A stretch of DNA of 64,000 bases from Polyangiaceae bacterium (GTDB lineage Bacteria > Myxococcota_A > Polyangia > Polyangiales > Polyangiaceae): positions 192,001 to 256,000 of the forward strand of contig JBNKBE010000005.1 in assembly GCA_050287085.1 (NCBI GenBank), written 5' to 3'. Made by a program: the position numbers and the translations under genes. The notes under the pieces were generated by a model, which was not told where the DNA came from, did not search any database, and saw only the letters and a list, made by a program, of their open reading frames with translations. This document shows, piece by piece, positions 58,720 to 64,000 of this stretch; positions within the stretch are counted from its first letter, which is position 1; every line of letters starts with the position of its first letter.

Positions 58720-60129
58720 ATGGCCACTAGCGTTGATGACATCAACCGCTGGCTTGCTGCTCCGTCGGAACACGAGCGACTCGAGTTCAAAGAAGCCAAG
58801 CAGCAGTACAACAACGAGAAGTTGTTCAAGTACTGCGTCGCCCTCGCGAACGAAGGCGGCGGGCTTTTCGTGCTGGGCGTCAGCGACGCTAAGCCCCGCA
58901 AGGTGGTCGGGACGAACGCGTTCAACAACCCGGTGGAGATGGCGGCAAAGGTCTACCGAACACTGAAGTTCCGGGTGGAGATGGAAGAAGTGGAGCATCC
59001 GGACGGGCGGGTCCTGATCTTTCATGTGCCATCCAGACCGCGGGGCGTCGCTCGCGAATATCAGGGGGCCTACTGGATGCGGATTGGGGAAGAGCTCACT
59101 CCGATGAGTCCTGAGCAGCTCCGCGGCATCTTCACCGAGGATGAAGAGCCTTGGTTGGACACCGCTGCGGTTGAGGGGGCAAGCGCACAAGATGTTGTTC
59201 AGTTGCTGGACACACAGACCTTCTTCGATCTGCTGGGGCTTCCCTATCCCACCGAGCGGAGCGGAGTTCTGGCGAAACTCAAGGCAGAACGGTTGATCGA
59301 CGAGCAATCCGGCGGGTTCGTCATCAGCAAGTTGGCGGCCGTGCTACTTGCGAAGAATCTCCGCAACTTTGACCGGGTGTACCGCAAGGCGCCTCGGGTG
59401 GTGGTCTACAACGGGAACAACAAGTTGGAGACCACGTCGGATACAACCGGCGGCAAGGGCTACGCCGTCGGCTTTCAGGGATTGGTGGAGCACGTGATGG
59501 GGCACCTGCCGCAAAACGAAGTGATCTCGGACGCGCTTCGCCGGGAGACCAAGCTGCTGCCCGATGTGGTCATCCGTGAGCTCCTAGCCAACGCGCTCAT
59601 TCACCAGGACTTCACCATCTCTGGCGCCTCGCCCATGGTGGAGATCTACGCGGACAGGGTCGAGATCTCCAACCCGGGTGAACCCATCGTACCGCTGGAG
59701 CGTCTGATCGATGCGTATCGGTCGCGCAACGAGCGACTCGCCGACTTGATGCGTCGGTTTGGCATCTGTGAAGAGAAAGGCAGCGGCATCGACAGGACTG
59801 TCAAAGCGGCGGAAGTTCATCAGCTCCCACCCCCCGACTTCCAGTTGGGAGTCAAGCGTACCCATGTTGTCGTCTTCGGCCCCAAGCCGTTCAAGCGGAT
59901 GGAGAGAGGTGAACGTATCCGCGCCTGCTACCAGCACTGTGCACTGCAGTACGTGCTCAAAGGGCAGATGACCAATCAGACGTTGCGGGAGCGGTTCAAG
60001 TTGTCTGACGGCAGCGCGGCCACGGTTTCCCAGATCATCACGGCTACCATCGACGCTGGTCTCATCAAGCCCGACCCGGACGCTCCACCCGGGCGGAGGT
60101 TCTCCCGATACTTGCCCGCTTGGGCGTGA
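58720..60129 (+). CDS. Schlafen/AlbA_2 domain protein with HATPase-like (RecG C-terminal-like) and C-terminal HTH domains
   Basis: EHERLEFKEA, ALANEGGG.FVLGVSD; RELLANALIHQDF, ISNPG, RNERLA, CEEKGSGI; MTNQTLRERF. Confidence 0.85.
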   Translation: MATSVDDINRWLAAPSEHERLEFKEAKQQYNNEKLFKYCVALANEGGGLFVLGVSDAKPRKVVGTNAFNNPVEMAAKVYRTLKFRVEMEEVEHPDGRVLIFHVPSRPRGVAREYQGAYWMRIGEELTPMSPEQLRGIFTEDEEPWLDTAAVEGASAQDVVQLLDTQTFFDLLGLPYPTERSGVLAKLKAERLIDEQSGGFVISKLAAVLLAKNLRNFDRVYRKAPRVVVYNGNNKLETTSDTTGGKGYAVGFQGLVEHVMGHLPQNEVISDALRRETKLLPDVVIRELLANALIHQDFTISGASPMVEIYADRVEISNPGEPIVPLERLIDAYRSRNERLADLMRRFGICEEKGSGIDRTVKAAEVHQLPPPDFQLGVKRTHVVVFGPKPFKRMERGERIRACYQHCALQYVLKGQMTNQTLRERFKLSDGSAATVSQIITATIDAGLIKPDPDAPPGRRFSRYLPAWA

Positions 60130-60393
60130 CTTGCTTTTTCATACTGGCGCCCGTGAACACCGAAGGAACGCACAACCGTTTGAAATAAAAGAAGATTCTC
60201 TTTTTATCGCAAACCGCACTTTGGTGCCCCCCAGGGGCCCCGCGCCGGCCGAGCCACCTCTCGACCACACCCCCAGCCTTTTTCACCCACTCCTCTCCAG
60301 GTCGCCGTAGGCGACACAAATGACCAAAAAGACAGAGCTTTTTCTTATTTCCGCAAACCGCAGTTACTGAAGTCCACCGCCGAGAGATCACCC

Positions 60394-63300
60394 ATGACCG
60401 CTGACGCCAAGGAACGCGCCTTTCAGGACGACATCATCCGCGAGATGGTCGAGCGCGGCTGGGTGCTCGGCGAGACCGCCAAGTACGACCGGGAGCGGGC
60501 GCTCTACACGGAGGACTGCCTGGCCTTCGTCAAGAACACGCAGCCCAAGACCTGGGAGAAGTACCAGAAGCTCAACCCGAATGAGCCCGAGAAGGCGTTC
60601 ATCGCGCGCGTCGCTACCCAGCTGGGCAAGGTAGATCCGAACGCCACGAGCAAAGAGCTCCGCAAGTACGGCACGCTCGGTGTACTTCGCCATGAGGTGC
60701 GCGATAAGTCCGCGTCCTTCAAGCTCTGCCAATTCAAACCCGAGCACGGTCTCAACCCGGAAACCCAGGCCATGTACCAGGGCAACATCCTGCGCGTGGT
60801 GCCGGAGCTGGTCTACAGCCCGTACGCCAACGACGCGCATCTCGCGGAAACGGGCGCCAAAGCAAAAGCTTGGCGCATCGACCTGGTGCTCTTCCTGAAC
60901 GGCCTTCCCATCGCCACCTTGGAGCTCAAGAGCGAGTTCAAGCAGGCGGTTCATAGTGCTATTCACCAGTACAAGAAGACGCGCCTGCCGAAAGACATAG
61001 GCACGAACAAGCCCGAGCCGCTGCTTTCTTTCAAGCGCGGCGCCCTCGTACACTTCGCCGTGAGCCAATACGAGGCGTACATGACCACGCGGCTTGCCGG
61101 CGATGAGACGCGGTTCCTGCCGTTCAACCGCGGGACGAAGGACGGCGCCGCCGGGAACGACCAGCCGGGTAACATCCACCGCTACGCCACGGACTACCTG
61201 TGGCGCGACGTGCTCGCCCCCGCAAACATCCTCGACATCATCGGGCGCTTCATCCACCTGGAGATCAAGGAGAAGGAAGACTGGGACGGTCGCAAGTACA
61301 AGACCGAGGCGCTCATCTTCCCTCGCTACCACCAGTGGGACCTGGTCAAGCAGCTCATCGACACCACGCGCGCCGAAGGCCCTGGCCACAAGTACCTGGC
61401 CCAGCACAGCGCCGGCTCCGGCAAGTCGAACTCCATCGCCTGGACGGCGCACCAACTCGCCTCGCTCTACGGCAACGCGGGGAGCAAGGTCTTCGACTCC
61501 GTCATCGTGGTGACGGACCGCAACGTGCTCGACTCCCAGCTCCAAGACACCATCTACCAGTTCGAGCACGCTGACGGCGTGGTGGGCCGCATCAACAAGG
61601 ATGAAGGCCAGGGCAGCAAGAGCGAGAAGCTGGCCAAGGCGCTGGAGGACAGCACGCCCATTGTCATCGTGACCATCCAGACCTTCCCGCACGTGCTCTC
61701 CGCCATCGAGAGCAGCATGACCTTGAAAGAGCGCTGCTACGCCATCATCGCGGATGAAGCGCACTCCTCCCAGTCGGGCTCCACCGCCCGCAAGCTGAAG
61801 GAAGTGCTGACCACGGAAGCTAGCGAAGAAGAAGACCTCGCCATCAGCACGGAGGACATGCTCGCCGCCGCGGTGGACTCCCGGCGCGCCTCGAACAACC
61901 TGAGCTACTACGCCTTCACCGCGACCCCGAAGTCGAAGACGCTCGAGCTGTTCGGGCGCCCGCCGAATCCGGACGAGCCTGTGTCAGCAACGAATAAGCC
62001 CCGGCCCTTCCACATCTACAGCATGCGCCAGGCCATCGAGGAGAAGTACATCCTCGACGTGCTCAAGAACTACACGAGCTATAAGGTGGCGTACCAGCTC
62101 GCCCAAAAGGCCGCAGCGGCCGATGAAGAAGTGGACGCCAAGCGCGCCAAGGTGAAGCTGGGCCAGTGGGTGCGCCTGCACGAGTACAACATCGCGCAGA
62201 AGGTGCAGGTCATCGTCGAGCACTTCCGCGACAATGTCGCCGGGCTGCTCGGCGGGCACGCCAAGGCGATGATCGTCACCGGCTCCCGCAAAGAGGCGGT
62301 GCGCTACAAGCTCGGCTTCGACAAGTATGTTGCCAAGAAGGCGTACACCGGGCTCAACGCCATGGTGGCCTTTTCCGGTGAGGTCGAGTTCACGGAGAAG
62401 GACCCTCAGTCGGAGGGACTCTTGGGGGAGAAGTTCACCGAAACCAGCATGAACCCGGACCTCAAGGGGCGGGACATGCGCAAGGCGTTCGACACCGAGG
62501 ACTACACGGTCATGATTGTGGCCCAGAAGTTCCAGACCGGTTTTGACCAGCCCAAGCTCTGCGCGATGTACGTGGACAAGAAGCTCGGGGGCATCGAGTG
62601 CGTGCAAACGCTGTCCCGCCTGAACCGCGTCTACCCCGGCAAGCTGGAGACGGGCACCTTCGTGCTCGACTTCGTCAACGACCCCGAGGAGATCCTGACG
62701 GCTTTCCAGGACTACTTCCAAACGGCGGAGCTGACCAACGTTTCCGACCCCAACCTGCTCTGGGAGCGGTACGACAAGCTGCGGGACTCCGGCATCTTCC
62801 TGTGGTCGGAAGTGACGCTGTTCTCCGACGTCTTCTTCACCAAGAGCAAGAGCCAGGCCGCCATCAGCAACGTCTGCAAGCCCGCTGTGGACCGCTGGCA
62901 GTGCCGCTACGAGCAGGCCCACAAAGACCACGTCAAAGCCAAGGACCTGTTTACGCGAGCCATGAAGTCCGGGGACGCGGTGCTCTTCGCCAACGCCGAG
63001 GGCGAGATGAAGGAGGCCAAGACCGAGCTCGACGCCCTGGGCACGCTCAAGGGCGACTTGGTGACCTTCACCCGCCAGTACGAGTTCCTGTCTCAGATCG
63101 TCGACTACGACAGTCCGGATCTCGAGAAGCTAAGCCTCTTCGCCCGCCACCTGGCGCCCCTGCTACGCGAGAAGACGCCCGAGCAGGACCCCATCGACCT
63201 CAGCTCCGTGGAGCTCAGCCACTACCGCTTGGCAAAGCTTCGCCAGCAAGACCTGCTGCTCGTGCAGGACACCACCAGCGGCTTGGACCCGGCGTCCGCC

Positions 63301-63687
63301 TACGGCACCCGCAAAGCGAGGGACAAGAGGGAAGAGTGGCTCTCCCAGATCATCTCCCGGCTAAACGAGCTGTTCGTCACCGACGGGCTCAGTGAAAAAG
63401 ACCTGGTCAACTACGCCTACCCCCTGCGCGACAAGATCAGCGAAAACGACGCCGTGATGAAGCAGATTGAGAACAACTCCCCCGCGCAAGCTTTGCTCGG
63501 GGACTTCGCCTCCGCCCTGGACGACGCGGTGCTCGAAAGCAGCGAAGCCCACCAGAACCTGATGAACCAGGTGCTGACGAACAAGGAGACCGCCGCGGGG
63601 CTCAGCCGCGTCGTGTTCGACATGCTACTCGCGATGAAGAAGGGGCTCGGGACGGAGCGGCACTCGTCGGTTCCGCCGTCGAGGTGA
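60394..63687 (+). CDS. hsdR: Type I R-M restriction subunit
   Basis: RIDLVLFLNGLPIATLELK nuclease, HSAGSGKS, DEAH, FTATPK, QTGFDQP, VQTLSRLNR. Confidence 0.96.
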   Translation: MTADAKERAFQDDIIREMVERGWVLGETAKYDRERALYTEDCLAFVKNTQPKTWEKYQKLNPNEPEKAFIARVATQLGKVDPNATSKELRKYGTLGVLRHEVRDKSASFKLCQFKPEHGLNPETQAMYQGNILRVVPELVYSPYANDAHLAETGAKAKAWRIDLVLFLNGLPIATLELKSEFKQAVHSAIHQYKKTRLPKDIGTNKPEPLLSFKRGALVHFAVSQYEAYMTTRLAGDETRFLPFNRGTKDGAAGNDQPGNIHRYATDYLWRDVLAPANILDIIGRFIHLEIKEKEDWDGRKYKTEALIFPRYHQWDLVKQLIDTTRAEGPGHKYLAQHSAGSGKSNSIAWTAHQLASLYGNAGSKVFDSVIVVTDRNVLDSQLQDTIYQFEHADGVVGRINKDEGQGSKSEKLAKALEDSTPIVIVTIQTFPHVLSAIESSMTLKERCYAIIADEAHSSQSGSTARKLKEVLTTEASEEEDLAISTEDMLAAAVDSRRASNNLSYYAFTATPKSKTLELFGRPPNPDEPVSATNKPRPFHIYSMRQAIEEKYILDVLKNYTSYKVAYQLAQKAAAADEEVDAKRAKVKLGQWVRLHEYNIAQKVQVIVEHFRDNVAGLLGGHAKAMIVTGSRKEAVRYKLGFDKYVAKKAYTGLNAMVAFSGEVEFTEKDPQSEGLLGEKFTETSMNPDLKGRDMRKAFDTEDYTVMIVAQKFQTGFDQPKLCAMYVDKKLGGIECVQTLSRLNRVYPGKLETGTFVLDFVNDPEEILTAFQDYFQTAELTNVSDPNLLWERYDKLRDSGIFLWSEVTLFSDVFFTKSKSQAAISNVCKPAVDRWQCRYEQAHKDHVKAKDLFTRAMKSGDAVLFANAEGEMKEAKTELDALGTLKGDLVTFTRQYEFLSQIVDYDSPDLEKLSLFARHLAPLLREKTPEQDPIDLSSVELSHYRLAKLRQQDLLLVQDTTSGLDPASAYGTRKARDKREEWLSQIISRLNELFVTDGLSEKDLVNYAYPLRDKISENDAVMKQIENNSPAQALLGDFASALDDAVLESSEAHQNLMNQVLTNKETAAGLSRVVFDMLLAMKKGLGTERHSSVPPSR

Positions 63688-63690
63688 ACT

Positions 63691-64000
63691 ATGTACTCTA
63701 ATGTTCTCTCGGACCTCGACGAGCTTGTCCTCCGGTGTCGGGACGGCAAGGCCCGATCCTACTTGACGGAAGCTGTCACATGCCTAAAGGCCGGTGCCTG
63801 CCGAGCCGCTATCGTCGTGACCTGGGTGGCGGTGGTCCATGACTTGCTCTCGAAGCTCGAAGAGCTCGCGCTCGGAGGCGACAACAATGCACAACAGAAG
63901 GTCGAAGCGTTTCACCGCATCGTTGAGCAGAACGACTTGCCAGCAAGCCTCGAATTCGAGCGGAATATCCTTGAGGTGGCGCGCGACGAGTTCGAGCTGT
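63691..64000 (+). CDS. Hypothetical protein, DUF4145/HEPN-like N-terminus (3'-truncated by window)
   Basis: MYSNVLSDLDELVLRCRD...EAVTCLKAGACRAAIVVTWVAVVHDLLSKL; starts 3 bp after hsdR. Confidence 0.6.
   Translation, partial: MYSNVLSDLDELVLRCRDGKARSYLTEAVTCLKAGACRAAIVVTWVAVVHDLLSKLEELALGGDNNAQQKVEAFHRIVEQNDLPASLEFERNILEVARDEFEL

Noticed and set aside
60388..62931. Long minus-strand ORFs (458 and 315 aa)
   Set aside because: Antisense shadows of high-GC3 hsdR

Overview
GC-rich bacterial DNA whose gene content points to a myxobacterium (RpoH-box sigma factor, AgmX/PglI-type C-terminal domain protein, many vWA/CBM lipoproteins, TIGR02147-like protein); this taxonomy is an inference. Bases 1 to ~47,900 are core-like chromosome: rpoH-like, rsmI, ffh, MATE, cfa, purM, rsmD, truA, a spt/bCerS/CerR-like sphingolipid cluster, dnaJ, an isolated FliI/SctN ATPase, a methyltransferase/PD-(D/E)XK pair, DAHP synthase, lipoproteins, a membrane-protein/two-component operon, a DAACS symporter and fetAB-like genes. 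At tRNA-Leu(TAG) (47956-48037) an integrated element begins and runs off the right end of the window. Its tyrosine integrase ORF reads through the att region and antisense through the tRNA (Mx8-like intragenic att). It also carries a small RHH gene, a frameshifted lambda-O-like initiator with an internal iteron-like array, a DnaC/IstB-like loader, small HTH genes and a Type I R-M locus (hsdM frameshifted) with a nuclease-like gene and a Schlafen/AlbA_2 gene nested between hsdS and hsdR. Two unannotated structured intergenic RNA candidates were seen (4992-5157, 16483-16557). No CRISPR array or rRNA. All family calls come from reading motifs by eye, not from database searches.
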